A DNA stretch of 64,000 nt from Treponemataceae bacterium (GCA_963667725.2 CAXXHO010000003.1:1600001-1664000), one strand, 5' to 3'; counted from the first letter of the stretch, positions 10,771 to 21,632 are shown. Notes: generated by a model not told the origin, from the letters alone. Numbers and translations are program-made.

Positions 10771-11531
10771 TCGTTATGCGCTCTTCTGTATTCGTACATG
10801 AAGAGCGCCGCGGCCACCGAAACGTTGAGCGAATCCACATGCCCCCGCATCGGGATCGACACGATGGCGTCCGCCCTTTCGGCGAGAAGCCGCGACACGC
10901 CTTCCCCCTCGTTCCCGAAGACAAAGCAGGTCTTCGCGGGAAGCGGGAGTCCCGGGAGCGGCGCGCCTCCCATGTCGGCGGCGTACACCCAAAAGCCCTT
11001 GCCCTGAAGCCTTTTTATCGCGTCCGCGAGGTTCTGGACGAAAGCCACAGGCACCCAGGCCGAGGCGCCGGCGCTCGTCCTCGCCGCGGCGTCTCCCAAG
11101 GGCGATGCGCGCCGCATCGGGGCCACCACGAGGCTGATGCCGAAAGCGTCGGCCGAGCGCAGTATCGCGCCGAAATTCTGGGGATCTTCGATATGATCCA
11201 GCACCAGGACGAGAGCCTTTTCAGGCGGATCTTCCAGAAAATCTTCCAGGGAGAGGCTTTTTTCTGCGTTCCTGCCGAGCAGGGAAAGCGCTATGCCTTT
11301 ATTGTCGGGATCGATCCTGTCGAGCATGTCCTGGCCGACCTGTTCGACGACAATCCCCTGTTTTTTCGCCAGATCCAGGATATCCCTTACGCGCGGGCCC
11401 TGCTTGCGGCTTCCCAAGCCGGAGGCGACGAGAATCTTCACCTGGGAAGGCTTGGCTTTAAGCGTCTCGAGGATTCCATGAAAACTTGTTATATAGTCCA
11501 CAGAGCGAATACTAGCAGAGGAAGGCTTCAA
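10767..11531 (-). CDS. rlmB: 23S rRNA 2'-O-methyltransferase (SpoU family)
   Basis: DPQNFGAILRS, GNEGEG and SLNVSVA motifs. Confidence 0.88.
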   Translation of the reverse strand: MKPSSASIRSVDYITSFHGILETLKAKPSQVKILVASGLGSRKQGPRVRDILDLAKKQGIVVEQVGQDMLDRIDPDNKGIALSLLGRNAEKSLSLEDFLEDPPEKALVLVLDHIEDPQNFGAILRSADAFGISLVVAPMRRASPLGDAAARTSAGASAWVPVAFVQNLADAIKRLQGKGFWVYAADMGGAPLPGLPLPAKTCFVFGNEGEGVSRLLAERADAIVSIPMRGHVDSLNVSVAAALFMYEYRRAHND

Positions 11532-11589
11532 TGAAAAGTGAGGGACCTTGCCGGATAATCCCGCGAGGTCCCGACTGGCTCAGGCTGTC

Positions 11590-12411
11590 TCAAGGCATGA
11601 CGGTGAATTCCTGGACAAGCTGTATGGCGCTTTCCGCGTGCTTGACGCCTGAAATCGAGTGAGTGGCCGCCAAGGCCGTGTCGATGGAGGACTGCGCGTT
11701 CGCGACGCCATGCAGCACCACCGAGCCTCTCTCGACCGTCGCTTCCAGGAAATGTACGGGGATCTTGCGCGCATAGATGATCTCGGTCACGACATTCTGC
11801 GCGAGCACGAGATCTTCTATCTTCTGCACGCCGGCTTCTTCCTTCCCCTTGTCGACAAAAACCTTGAGGAGCGAATCGATCGCCACCGCCGCGTGAGCGG
11901 GATCGGTATTCCCCGTATTGATGGTCAGATCATATTCTCGGCCATCGGACCAGTCCGTGGAGAAAAAATACTTATGGAAGCCGCCACGGTCATGGTCGCT
12001 CTGTTCGATGATCTGGAGGGCGCGCTTGTTGTCGCAGCCGAAAGTCCTTTTCGTCCTTTCGACCCTGACGGATAAGGGCGCCGTGATCTTCACCGAAAGC
12101 ATATGCGGAACGCCTCTCAGGATGGCATAACCGCCTCGTCCCATGATGATGCAGTTGTTTTCCTGCGCCGCCTCCAGAATCGCCGTCTTGAGAAAATGCA
12201 GGTAGTCGTCCCTCTGCTGCGAGAGCGAAGCCCAGAAACCGGGGTTTCTCTCATCGTATTTTTGCCGCTTCTCGGCGGTTATTCCAATAGAATTGAGCTT
12301 GCCTTCCAGATACTCCTTGTCGATGAGTTTATATCCGGAAATCTGCGACAATTCTTGAGCCGTCTCTTCGCCGAGGGATGCCAGTTCACGCGCTATGGTT
12401 ATTATCGCCAT
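11590..12411 (-). CDS. Cytidylate kinase-like family protein with C-terminal BON-like domain
   Basis: IITIARELAS, IIMGRGG and YDLTINT motifs. Confidence 0.8.
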   Translation of the reverse strand: MAIITIARELASLGEETAQELSQISGYKLIDKEYLEGKLNSIGITAEKRQKYDERNPGFWASLSQQRDDYLHFLKTAILEAAQENNCIIMGRGGYAILRGVPHMLSVKITAPLSVRVERTKRTFGCDNKRALQIIEQSDHDRGGFHKYFFSTDWSDGREYDLTINTGNTDPAHAAVAIDSLLKVFVDKGKEEAGVQKIEDLVLAQNVVTEIIYARKIPVHFLEATVERGSVVLHGVANAQSSIDTALAATHSISGVKHAESAIQLVQEFTVMP

Positions 12412-12581
12412 TGTTTCTCCCTCCTTATTCTATGTTTACTGTATGATTATATTCGCGGTTAGTCAAATTTTTTCCGAAACAGGCTTTCCGGCTTGCCCAG
12501 CGGTTCCCCCTTTTAGGGCCGGAGTACCCGGCTCGGAGCACCCGATGGCACAAGCCTGCCGATATCGGTATACTCAGCCCG

Positions 12582-13484
12582 ATGGAAAAGTTAGGCGCCT
12601 TGGCGGCCTTCGGGACGGCTTTCTGCTGGTCCATCTCCGCCATATTCTTTGAAAACGCGTCCAGGAAATTCGGCGCCCTCGCCGTCAACTTCTGGAAAGT
12701 CGTTTTCGCTTTTTTTCTCCTCGCCCTGGCGGGAACCATCCTTAACGGCCAGCCCCTTCCCTTTAGCGCTTCGCCCAGGACATGGCTCTACCTATGTCTT
12801 TCGGGCGTCATAGGCTTCCTGGTTTCGGACTATTTCCTCTTCAATGCCTACATACTCATCGGATCGCGCATAAGCGTCGTATTCCAGGCCCTGACGCCGC
12901 TTTTCACCGCCCTGTTCGCCTTCGTCTTCCTGGGCGAAAGAATGAAGCCGCTCCGGCTTCTCGGAATGGCCATTGTCGTGGGCGGCATCCTCATGGTGGT
13001 TTTATCGAGACAGAGAAAACAAAAAAGCGAAGGCAAGCCGTTCTTGGCATCTAAAAAAGGTTATGTCTACGCCCTGCTTTCGGCCGTTTTCCAGGCCGCT
13101 GGCCTGATCTTCTCAAAAGTCGGCCTCGGCGACAGCAACGCCATCGCCGGCACGCAGATCAGAGTGATGACCGCGATTCTGGGGTTTGGGCTTCAAGCCT
13201 TGCTTACCGGCCACGCGGTGCAGGTTTTCAAAGTCACGCCGAAGGAAAGGACTTTCCTGAAGAACCTGGGCATCGGCGCTATTTTCGGTCCTTTCCTGGG
13301 CGTCACCTTCTCGCTTTTCGCCCTTCAGAATACCGAAGCGGGCACGGCCAGCACCCTGATGGCGCTCACGCCAGTGCTCATCATCCCGCCCACGATTTTC
13401 ATCCTCAAACAAAAAGTGCAGGCCATGGAAGTCGCGGGCGCCGTCGTGGCGGTGAGCGGCGCCGCGCTTTTCTTTCTTCTGTAG
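12582..13484 (+). CDS. EamA/DMT family transporter
   Basis: About 10 hydrophobic helices in two repeats. Confidence 0.85.
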   Translation: MEKLGALAAFGTAFCWSISAIFFENASRKFGALAVNFWKVVFAFFLLALAGTILNGQPLPFSASPRTWLYLCLSGVIGFLVSDYFLFNAYILIGSRISVVFQALTPLFTALFAFVFLGERMKPLRLLGMAIVVGGILMVVLSRQRKQKSEGKPFLASKKGYVYALLSAVFQAAGLIFSKVGLGDSNAIAGTQIRVMTAILGFGLQALLTGHAVQVFKVTPKERTFLKNLGIGAIFGPFLGVTFSLFALQNTEAGTASTLMALTPVLIIPPTIFILKQKVQAMEVAGAVVAVSGAALFFLL

Positions 13485-13554
13485 GCGGACTTCAGGCATT
13501 TTTTATGCACGAATCCAGTGCATTGATATATAATTGATCCTAAAGGAGCGCGCA

Positions 13555-14583
13555 ATGAAGGCTCTCGTGAAAAGCAAGGCCGAACCCGGACTGTGGATGC
13601 AGGAAGTGCCCATGCCCGAGATCGGCGACAACGATCTTCTGGTTCGCGTCAAGAAAACGGCTATCTGCGGCACCGACGTCCACATCTGGAAATGGGACGC
13701 CTGGTCCCAGCGCACCATCGGCATCGGGCAAACTGTCGGCCACGAATTCGTGGGCGAAATCGTCGAGATGGGACGTTCCGTAGCCGGGTACAAAATCGGC
13801 GAGAGAGTCTCGGCGGAAGGTCATATCGTCTGCGGCGTCTGCAGGGCGTGCAGGGCCGGCAAGCGCCACCTCTGTCCCAACACCATCGGCATTGGCGTCA
13901 ACAGGAACGGCTGTTTCGCCGAATACGTATCCGTGCCGGCCTCCAACGCATGGCATGTCCACGATTCCATTTCCGACGATATTGCCGCCATTTTCGATCC
14001 CTACGGCAACGCCACCCATACCGCCCTCTCCTTCGATATGATCGGCGAGGACGTGCTCATCACCGGCGCCGGCCCCATCGGCTGCATGGCTGCCGCCATT
14101 TCCAAGCATGTCGGCGCGCGGAATGTCGTCATCACCGACGTGAACGACTGGCGACTCGATCTCGCTAAGAAATTGGGCGCCACCCGAACCGTGAATACCG
14201 CGAAGGAATCCCTCAAGGCGGTGCAGCAGGAGCTGGGCATGGTCGGCGGCTTCGATATCGGCCTCGAAATGTCGGGAAACCCCAAAGCCTTGGAACAGAT
14301 GATAGAGAACATGTACAACGGCGGCAGGATGGCTCTTTTAGGCCTTCTCCCCGACGGGGCCGGCATCGACTGGAGCCGCGTCATATTCAAAGGCCTCTTC
14401 CTCAAAGGGATCTACGGCCGCGAAATTTTCGAGACCTGGTACAAGATGCAGGCCATGCTTCTTTCAGGCCTCGATATCAGCCCCGTGATCACGCATCGCT
14501 ATTCCTTCGACGACTTCGAAAAGGGCTTCGACGCCATGCTCTCGGGGCAGTCGGGCAAAGTGATCCTCAGCTTCGATTGGTGA
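13555..14583 (+). CDS. tdh: L-threonine 3-dehydrogenase
   Basis: [23 protein letters not shown] and GIYGRE motifs. Confidence 0.95.
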   Translation: MKALVKSKAEPGLWMQEVPMPEIGDNDLLVRVKKTAICGTDVHIWKWDAWSQRTIGIGQTVGHEFVGEIVEMGRSVAGYKIGERVSAEGHIVCGVCRACRAGKRHLCPNTIGIGVNRNGCFAEYVSVPASNAWHVHDSISDDIAAIFDPYGNATHTALSFDMIGEDVLITGAGPIGCMAAAISKHVGARNVVITDVNDWRLDLAKKLGATRTVNTAKESLKAVQQELGMVGGFDIGLEMSGNPKALEQMIENMYNGGRMALLGLLPDGAGIDWSRVIFKGLFLKGIYGREIFETWYKMQAMLLSGLDISPVITHRYSFDDFEKGFDAMLSGQSGKVILSFDW

Positions 14584-14676
14584 GAAAGGCAGTTCGCGTT
14601 TTTTAACCGAGGAGGGGGAACCTACGGTTCCTCCTCTACTCTCGATACATGCCGTCTTTTCTGCTATACTCCCCTC

Positions 14677-16125
14677 GTGAAAGAACACGCATATAAAGGC
14701 GATCGACGTCCGGGCGGATCGCCCCGCCGTTTCGAAAAACCCCGGTCAACGCAAAAGCCGGAGATCCAGCCGCTTTCCTCGATGGTGATCCAGTCCCTCA
14801 GGATAGAGAGCGACTGCGTAAAAGCCCTGGCCGCCCTGCCCGCCATATTCGACGAGACCGTCCCGCTTACGCAAAAACACAGGGTGGAACTAGGTCACAC
14901 CATCAGATCGCTTTGGGAAGACCTCACCTCCGAACGCGAACACCGCACGGCTGAGTATTTGAGCTCGCCTGCCTATTATTCGGCATACGTGCGCTATTTC
15001 CTTCCCTGGAACATCATCCGCCTCTCATCGATCTTTTCCGGCCTTCCGCTCGAACTGGACGACGGAGCGACAATCGTCGATATCGGCTCGGGGCCGATGA
15101 CCCTACCGATAGCTCTCTATATCGCCCGCCCCGACCTGCGGAAAAAACAACTCACAATTTACTGCCTGGATAAGACGGAACACATTCTCAAGGTCGGCCA
15201 GACAATTTTCGAGAGTCTCGGCGTCAGGCTTTCCAGCGCCCTGCCCCCCTGGAAAATCATACCCCTGAGACAGCAGTTTGGGTCCTTTCTGCCGGAAAAG
15301 GCTGACCTGCTCACCGCCGCCAATGTCTTCAACGAGTTTTTCTGGAAGAGCAAGACACCGCTCGGCATGCGCGCCCTCCTCACGGCCCGCCAGCTCCTGG
15401 GATACCTGAAGGATTCGGGCTCGATCTTCCTCATGGAACCGGGCGACCCGCGTTCCGGCTCCTTCATCAGCTCGGTCCGCGCCGCCCTGTCGGCCTTTGG
15501 GGCTTTCCCTGTAGCGCCCTGTCCTCACAGCCATTCCTGCCCTATGCCCGGCATTTTCCGCAGCCTTTCCTCGCCAGGCGAGGAACTCCCCACGGGAGCC
15601 TCGTCCAAAAACCTCTCCGACGTCGTCATGCCCAAAAGGCGCGACAAATATCCCTGGTGCCATTTCACCATCGGAACGGAGAGCGCTCCGACATGGCTCA
15701 AGACGCTGTCCGACGAAGCGGGGCTCTCCAAGGACAAACTGGTTTTCTCATATCTATTGTCGACCTTGCCCAGGATGCCCCTCCAGGCGAAAAAGCCGCC
15801 GGAATCTCCAGCTCTGCTGCGCATCGTTTCCGAAGAGTTCCCCCTGCCTAACTTCAAGGCAGGCCGCTATGCCTGCTCGGCAGAGGGCTACAGCCTCGCG
15901 CGCTATTCGCCCCTAAGCTTTGGCTTCGCGAGCGGGGATCTCGTCCGCATGCCTCAGCCAGCCGGCCTTGCCGCGCCAGGCGCCCCGAGGGAAAAGCGCC
16001 CGGCGGGAAAGCCCCAAACGCGTTTAGCCGACATCCTGGACCATCGTCCGATACCCTCGGCCAAGGCCGCCGGCAAGGGCAAAGACATCGATGAAAAATC
16101 GGGAGCGATAATCGTTTCCTATTGA
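14677..16125 (+). CDS. Rsm22-like SAM-dependent methyltransferase
   Basis: DIGSGP, EPG, APCPH..CP and WCHF motifs. Confidence 0.75.
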   Translation: MKEHAYKGDRRPGGSPRRFEKPRSTQKPEIQPLSSMVIQSLRIESDCVKALAALPAIFDETVPLTQKHRVELGHTIRSLWEDLTSEREHRTAEYLSSPAYYSAYVRYFLPWNIIRLSSIFSGLPLELDDGATIVDIGSGPMTLPIALYIARPDLRKKQLTIYCLDKTEHILKVGQTIFESLGVRLSSALPPWKIIPLRQQFGSFLPEKADLLTAANVFNEFFWKSKTPLGMRALLTARQLLGYLKDSGSIFLMEPGDPRSGSFISSVRAALSAFGAFPVAPCPHSHSCPMPGIFRSLSSPGEELPTGASSKNLSDVVMPKRRDKYPWCHFTIGTESAPTWLKTLSDEAGLSKDKLVFSYLLSTLPRMPLQAKKPPESPALLRIVSEEFPLPNFKAGRYACSAEGYSLARYSPLSFGFASGDLVRMPQPAGLAAPGAPREKRPAGKPQTRLADILDHRPIPSAKAAGKGKDIDEKSGAIIVSY

Positions 16126-16172
16126 CATTAGGGTTCAATCCATATATATTTCGTCTTCGTCAGCAATGACAC

Positions 16173-16246
16173 GGGGGCGTAGCGAAGCTGGTTATCGCGC
16201 TGGCCTGTCAAGCCGGAGATCGCGGGTTCGATACCCGTCGCTCCCG
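16173..16246 (+). tRNA. tRNA-Asp(GTC)
   Basis: Cloverleaf with acceptor GGGGGCG/CGCTCCC, anticodon loop CTGTCAA, T loop TTCGATA. Confidence 0.95.
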
Positions 16247-16267
16247 ATTCGCCTCTTGGGGCGATCC

Positions 16268-16297
16268 AACCCGTCAATCAAACTGACGGGTTTTTTT
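16268..16297 (+). terminator. Terminator-like hairpin between the two tRNAs
   Basis: AACCCGTCA-loop-TGACGGGTT followed by a T run. Confidence 0.6.
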
Positions 16298-16301
16298 ATT
16301 A

Positions 16302-16374
16302 CGGGCTGTAGCGCAGGGGCTAGCGCGCTTGGTTCGGGACCAAGATGTCGGAGGTTCAAATCCTCTCAGCCCGA
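16302..16374 (+). tRNA. tRNA-Pro(CGG), integration target
   Basis: Cloverleaf with acceptor CGGGCTG/CAGCCCG, anticodon loop TTCGGGA, T loop TTCAAAT. Confidence 0.95.
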
Positions 16375-16375
16375 T
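16332..16375 (+). repeat. attL core (3' part of tRNA-Pro)
   Basis: GTTCGGGACCAAGATGTCGGAGGTTCAAATCCTCTCAGCCCGAT, identical to 56110-56153. Confidence 0.95.
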
Positions 16376-16383
16376 TTTATGAT

Positions 16384-16409
16384 AAGCCACTCGAAAGAGT
16401 GGCTTTTTT
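16384..16409 (+). terminator. Element-supplied terminator for the reconstituted tRNA-Pro
   Basis: AAGCCACTC-GAAA-GAGTGGCTT followed by a T run. Confidence 0.8.
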
Positions 16410-16579
16410 ATTGTCCTACAACAACTTAACGAAAATAAATAACGTTATACGCCACATGTTGCAAAGCTCAAAAAACAGCCCTATTATAGGCAAAAATGAG
16501 GCTCGCGGGGTACAAATGGAGTACATCGTATTTTTTATGCCTCCAGCTCGCGCGCATAACGCTTTTAAGGGAGATAGCC

Positions 16580-17917
16580 ATGGGGACCAAGTACCACCTT
16601 TTTTCACGCGATCGGACCGGAAAGGACGGTAAAATAGTTCGCCGCTGGTACTACTGGTACTGGGGGGAAGATGGCGTAAGGATCAAAAAGGCCGCCGGAC
16701 CTAATGGCAGCGCCCCCCTCCTGAAGAGAGAAGCGCAAGACTACATCGACCAGCTAGATGCCCCTCTAGTAATGCCAGGGCTCATCCCTGCCCTATCTAG
16801 CCCGCCGGCAAGCTTTGCCCCCTATGGAGCACCACGTACATTCAAGGCTTTCGCAGACACTCTCTATCTTCCTGATTCGCAGCATCTCAAGAGGAAAGCG
16901 CTCACCGATGGGGAACCAATCAGTGAAGACACTAGAACAGGGCATCGCAGTCGACTAAAAAACTACCTCATTCCAAAATGGGGCGAATGCTCTTGGGCTA
17001 CGTTTGCAGAACCGGGATTCCCCGATGATTTCACGGATTGGCTTGTTGATCTTGAGAGGATCCCGAAACACAAAGAAGGCACCCGTGTCCCTGATCCAGT
17101 TCCTATCTCCAACTCAACCAGGAATTCTCTTATAGAGACAATGACGATATCCCTAAGGGAAGCGAAACGGGCAAGATTGATCCTACAAGTCCCTGAGTTT
17201 GAGCGATTCAATAGGCTATCTCGTCACCAGGACACCCTTACGAATGAGGAACTGATTAAGCTCTTTCCGGAAGATCCGGATAAGCTCAAGAAAATATGGC
17301 AGCTCGAGGATGGCCGCGACTTGAATACTGGGTTGCTTTTCGGCGCTATGTGTTGTCTCGGAGTGTCGGCGGGGCTTCGATCCGGAGAACTTCGCGCGGT
17401 CTCGGCAGATCAAATAATCCGTACTCGACAACCGGATGGAGCTATGACCTATGGCCTTATAGTTGATAGAGCCTTGAACAGAAATAATGAGATCGCAGGA
17501 CTGAAGAAGGCTAACAAAGAAGATCTTCGCGTCCGTGTTGTCGTTTTATCGGATAAAACCATGCGAATACTTGATATGTACCTAACCAGTATCAAGCACA
17601 AGGAAGGACTACTCTTCCTCCATCGAGGCCAACCGGTTCGGAAAGAGAATCTTGGGAGACGCTGGGCCGGAGGGCTCAAACAAGCGAAGATTCCTTTAAA
17701 AGGGAGGCGGCTTACTCCTCATGCAATGCGGTACACCTACAATACACGCATGAGGATGCTGCTTTCAGAGCAGGTACTCCAGGAGGTAGTCGGACACAGG
17801 TCGGATGCCATGACGGCTCTCTATGATCGGCCTCACCTTGTAGAACGGTTGAAGCAACTATCAGATCAACAAGGTGCTTTCAATAAATTCTGGGGAGAGG
17901 TTAAAGCCATCACCTAA
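16580..17917 (+). CDS. Tyrosine recombinase/phage integrase
   Basis: GLRSGEL, HAMRYTY and VGH..Y catalytic motifs; next to attL; GGGAG RBS. Confidence 0.93.
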   Translation: MGTKYHLFSRDRTGKDGKIVRRWYYWYWGEDGVRIKKAAGPNGSAPLLKREAQDYIDQLDAPLVMPGLIPALSSPPASFAPYGAPRTFKAFADTLYLPDSQHLKRKALTDGEPISEDTRTGHRSRLKNYLIPKWGECSWATFAEPGFPDDFTDWLVDLERIPKHKEGTRVPDPVPISNSTRNSLIETMTISLREAKRARLILQVPEFERFNRLSRHQDTLTNEELIKLFPEDPDKLKKIWQLEDGRDLNTGLLFGAMCCLGVSAGLRSGELRAVSADQIIRTRQPDGAMTYGLIVDRALNRNNEIAGLKKANKEDLRVRVVVLSDKTMRILDMYLTSIKHKEGLLFLHRGQPVRKENLGRRWAGGLKQAKIPLKGRRLTPHAMRYTYNTRMRMLLSEQVLQEVVGHRSDAMTALYDRPHLVERLKQLSDQQGAFNKFWGEVKAIT

Positions 17918-18025
17918 AAGCAGTAATTGTGAAGTGGTTTTCGCGACCGGAGAATTAGTAACTTCTCAAGCATATCAAGGTAATATTTATTTACTACAGC
18001 CCTCATTAACTAATATTTTTACTTA

Positions 18026-18739
18026 GGGGCTGTACTAGATAAAATAAGATGTTATACTTAAAAAGTGATCATAAGTCATTGCAGGTTAATGAAAAGAACA
18101 CAAGAAAGACTCCTCGAATTCTTTGTGCTAGAAGTAACTGCTAGATCTGCTGCAAATATACTAGAAATTCATTCTAATTCTGCAGCTCTTTTCTATCGGA
18201 AAATTCGTCAAGTTATAGCCTTTCATGTAGCCCAGGAAGCAGCTGAAGTATTCAATGGTGAAGTAGAAATCGATGAAAGCTACTTCGGTGGAGTTCGCAA
18301 AGGTAAACGAGGCCGAGGCGCTGCTGGGAAAGTAGTCGTCTTTGGCATGCTAAAGCGCCATGGCAAGGTTTTCACCGTTGTTGTGGAGAATACCAAGACA
18401 AAGACCCTAATGAACGAAATTGCCCGTAAAATCAAGCCCGATAGCGTTGTCTATACTGATGCCTATCATAGTTACGATGCGTTGGACGTTAGTGAATTCC
18501 ATCATCTCCGAATAAATCATTCAGATATATTTGTTGATGAAAAGAATCACATCAACGGAATAGAAAACTTTTGGAACCAAGCTAAAAGAGTATTAAGAAA
18601 GTACAATGGAATAGACAAGAAATATTTCTATCTGTTTCTGAAAGAATGTGAGTTCCGATTCAACTACGGAACACCAAAGAATCAACTTAAAATTCTTAGA
18701 AAATGGTGCTCAATCTAGACTTTTATCTAGTACAGCCCC
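18026..18739 (+). mobile_element. IS1595-family (IS1016-like) insertion sequence
   Basis: 19-bp terminal inverted repeats GGGGCTGTACTAGATAAAA; 8-bp target duplication TTTACTTA (18018-18025, 18740-18747). Confidence 0.93.
18065..18718 (+). CDS. IS1595-family transposase
   Basis: EIDESYFGG, YTD, NGIENFW and ECEFRFN motifs. Confidence 0.93.
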   Translation: MIISHCRLMKRTQERLLEFFVLEVTARSAANILEIHSNSAALFYRKIRQVIAFHVAQEAAEVFNGEVEIDESYFGGVRKGKRGRGAAGKVVVFGMLKRHGKVFTVVVENTKTKTLMNEIARKIKPDSVVYTDAYHSYDALDVSEFHHLRINHSDIFVDEKNHINGIENFWNQAKRVLRKYNGIDKKYFYLFLKECEFRFNYGTPKNQLKILRKWCSI

Positions 18740-18780
18740 TTTACTTATTACCTTATCCGAAGAAAAGCAATAAAATAGTA

Positions 18781-19587
18781 TTAGTTTTTTGATATTTTGG
18801 GTCTTTTAATATTAAACAAGAGTCTTTCTGCATCAATTGCTTTATTTATGTAAGTCAACATGCACAAAGCGAGAATATACATTACTATTCCTATAATGAC
18901 TAAGACAATTGAATTCACAATATCAATGGCCATGTAGATTGCAATGGTTAAGCCGAATAATACTCCAAATGCGATAATTAACGAATACTGGTAAGCTTCA
19001 CGAGTATCTTTTGAGATTGATGAAAAATATAAAACCAAACTCGATGCAGCAAATATCATAGCTGGCGAGACAAAAATCACCGCAATAGTCCATTCCAGAA
19101 TAGCTACTCCACTAATACCTACAAAAGCAATCGCAAGACTCAATTCGAGTATCCCTAATACCCATGCAATAACAACGGAAGGTAATACTATTTCTCCTAA
19201 TTTTGTTATAAAAATTGATCTTATGCTCATTGGCATACAAACAAGTGTTTCCAAAGTACCCTGTTCTTTTTCCTCAATAATAAGGCTAATTCCAATGATA
19301 AATGGAAAAGCTAACTGTAAAAGTAAATAATATAAAGGTAACACATTATTAAAAATCACTAAATATGCCGGATTAACAGTACCTTGGTATCTAGCAAGAG
19401 TCACCGCCCAAAATCTGCTCTGATTTGTAAGCGCTACCACATCAATTAAATTACCAAAGGTTATTGAATAGACTGCGATATTCATTATTATCAGCAATAA
19501 AGGTATTGCAATAAGTGCACTTGCATTCTTTTTATCAGCAAAGATATACCTAAGGTCACTTTTAATTAAGAATAATCTTGAATTCAT
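18781..19587 (-). CDS. ABC-2 type transporter permease
   Basis: EKEQGTLETL motif, about 6 TM helices. Confidence 0.85.
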   Translation of the reverse strand: MNSRLFLIKSDLRYIFADKKNASALIAIPLLLIIMNIAVYSITFGNLIDVVALTNQSRFWAVTLARYQGTVNPAYLVIFNNVLPLYYLLLQLAFPFIIGISLIIEEKEQGTLETLVCMPMSIRSIFITKLGEIVLPSVVIAWVLGILELSLAIAFVGISGVAILEWTIAVIFVSPAMIFAASSLVLYFSSISKDTREAYQYSLIIAFGVLFGLTIAIYMAIDIVNSIVLVIIGIVMYILALCMLTYINKAIDAERLLFNIKRPKISKN

Positions 19588-20306
19588 ATTATTTTCCCTC
19601 GTGCTTTAAAATAAGCGTCACCAAGGTTATCACAGCTGTATCTTTCATATATGTTTTGGATAGTATCTTCGCATACAATTTTTGATTTAAAAAGAAAACC
19701 GATATGAGAGCAGAAAGCTTGGCAAAATACTAGATCATGTGAACTAATAAAAAAAGTTACCCCATTTTGGGAATTTAAGATTTTTATAAGCCGAATTACA
19801 CTCTCGGCGCCTTCCGGATCTAAATTTGCAAAAGGTTCATCCCAAAAAACGAGAATTGGTCTGTGGATAATTGAGCGCACTAGATCTACTTTTTTCTTAT
19901 TCCCTGAGGACAAAGCGGAATATTTTGTTTTCTTATATTCAGAAATGTATAGTTGATCCATTAGTTCGCTTAGCTCGTTTTTTGAAAGAGTGTTGGGATA
20001 AAAACCAGCATAAAACGCTAGATTCTGATCAACCGTAAGATGAGGTCGAAGCATAGTTTCTTCTGTAGATACCCCTGCGAGTTTGTGTATCTTTTCTTTT
20101 TCTTTCATTGGATTAATGCCAAGTATACTTACATATCCGCTTTCAATACGAAATAAACCATTCATTACCCTAATTAAGCTCGTTTTCCCGGCTCCGTTGG
20201 ATCCCAAGAGCCCATAAATTGATTTTTCTTTGCATGACACAGATACATTGTTAAGGATTGTTTTTTCACCAATTGTTTTTACTATATTTTGCACATCAAT
20301 AATCAT
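19584..20306 (-). CDS. ABC transporter ATP-binding protein
   Basis: GSNGAGKT, LSSGN, DEP and SSH motifs. Confidence 0.92.
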   Translation of the reverse strand: MIIDVQNIVKTIGEKTILNNVSVSCKEKSIYGLLGSNGAGKTSLIRVMNGLFRIESGYVSILGINPMKEKEKIHKLAGVSTEETMLRPHLTVDQNLAFYAGFYPNTLSKNELSELMDQLYISEYKKTKYSALSSGNKKKVDLVRSIIHRPILVFWDEPFANLDPEGAESVIRLIKILNSQNGVTFFISSHDLVFCQAFCSHIGFLFKSKIVCEDTIQNIYERYSCDNLGDAYFKARGKII

Positions 20307-20308
20307 CT

Positions 20309-20854
20309 TTAGCTCCTGAAATACTTGATCAAGCCCGGCAACTGAACACACTCCATTATACAAATAAGCTTTATTGTGTCGCTAATGAAATTTTCATAGC
20401 TCTTTTTTTTCATATGATAGACAAGACTTACATAAATTGCTTGGAGCACTGTAATTACTATCATTACTAAGGTAATAGGTGCTCTCCGTCCATCCAATTG
20501 ACTTCCAAAAGCAAATAACGAATAAGATTGTGGATTATTTTTATAATATATCAATAAAACCGCTATCAGCCCACTAAAAATCCAAAATGAACTAGCAACC
20601 ACAGAAATAAAAAGACGAGAATCCTTTTCTGCCTCAAATGTAAGTAGGAAGAATACCTTTTTATATATTATTACTAATATTAAATATGTCACTACTTGTA
20701 AGAAAAACATTACGAAGGTCATTGTACGAGAGACCAGAAAAGCCAATCCAGGTAAAGAAGCCACACCTAAAATGGTATTATTATCCTGAATCAACAACGT
20801 TTGGAGACCAGCACATACTAGAAGTGATACAGCGATGAAAACATACCTTTTCAT
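20309..20854 (-). CDS. Multi-pass membrane protein (putative bacteriocin maturation/immunity)
   Basis: Hydrophobic 181-aa ORF translationally coupled within the operon. Confidence 0.6.
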   Translation of the reverse strand: MKRYVFIAVSLLVCAGLQTLLIQDNNTILGVASLPGLAFLVSRTMTFVMFFLQVVTYLILVIIYKKVFFLLTFEAEKDSRLFISVVASSFWIFSGLIAVLLIYYKNNPQSYSLFAFGSQLDGRRAPITLVMIVITVLQAIYVSLVYHMKKKSYENFISDTIKLICIMECVQLPGLIKYFRS

Positions 20855-21357
20855 AATATTCTTATATATGAATTTATGCTTTTTAGAAGTGAAGACTCAA
20901 CAAATGCTCCAATAATGAGCAACATTAATGCGAGTACTGAAGTAAACATGAGTTCCATCTCCAGGTGTGTTTTACGACGGAATATCTTATTCATAACGCT
21001 TGAAAATCCAACTGCAGTCATAAGACAATATGCGGTTAGCTCACTAAAAAAAACAATCCATACCCCTTTATCAATAAAAGAGTACAAACTAATATACGGA
21101 AGAACATATGAGAAGAATATCACTGAATTAGTAACAGAAACTAATAAAGTTGAAAGGCCATATGTATAAATCCCAGATGCGAGCAATATACTTACTAATA
21201 TGTTGCTGAACAAAATACCAAAAGCATTTTTTTCGGTTAATTTTCCACCAAGCTGCAATACCCTGGAAGGAATTAATACCTGATTAACGATATATAATAG
21301 AGTCCAATATAAAATACAAATTGCTAATAAGCCCAAGAAGAAGGTTCGATTCTTCAT
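20851..21357 (-). CDS. SpoIIM/DUF95-like membrane protein
   Basis: ILFSNI...N...EL.AY...LLIIGAFVES pattern typical of DUF95. Confidence 0.7.
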   Translation of the reverse strand: MKNRTFFLGLLAICILYWTLLYIVNQVLIPSRVLQLGGKLTEKNAFGILFSNILVSILLASGIYTYGLSTLLVSVTNSVIFFSYVLPYISLYSFIDKGVWIVFFSELTAYCLMTAVGFSSVMNKIFRRKTHLEMELMFTSVLALMLLIIGAFVESSLLKSINSYIRIL

Positions 21358-21382
21358 TTTCTAGGATTTTGAGGTAATTTAC

Positions 21383-21417
21383 TAAAGGCAGCGGATTTGG
21401 GATCTCCGCTGCCTTTA
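21383..21417 (-). terminator. Stem-loop after the peptide gene
   Basis: TAAAGGCAGCGGA...TCCGCTGCCTTTA inverted repeat. Confidence 0.7.
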
Positions 21418-21419
21418 GC

Positions 21420-21632
21420 TTACAGCCCCCAGGATGTAATCATTCCAAGAAGGAACCATCCTGCAGGACCAGCAGCACCGCATGCTAATGCGGCTACGCT
21501 AAAGTAGGTGCTGCCGATAAAGACGCCGACACCAACTCCGGGAATAAAGAGTGCGAGATTCGCCCCTCCCGAAATCAGTCCCACAAGAACAAGCCCCAAC
21601 AGCCATGCAATACCTTTCACCTTTTTTTGCAT
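21420..21632 (-). CDS. Putative circular bacteriocin-like precursor peptide (70 aa)
   Basis: Strong AAGGAGG RBS; Gly/Ala-rich hydrophobic peptide with a C-terminal Trp; heads a DUF95+ABC operon. Confidence 0.65.
   Translation of the reverse strand: MQKKVKGIAWLLGLVLVGLISGGANLALFIPGVGVGVFIGSTYFSVAALACGAAGPAGWFLLGMITSWGL

Noticed and set aside
16580..17917. Integrase as the integron integrase IntI
   Set aside because: It is adjacent to attL, far from the attI-like sites, larger than typical IntI, and no IntI-specific insertion was recognised
17990..18003. ACTACAGCCC resembling an extra IS1595 end
   Set aside because: Too short, with no partner end or target duplication
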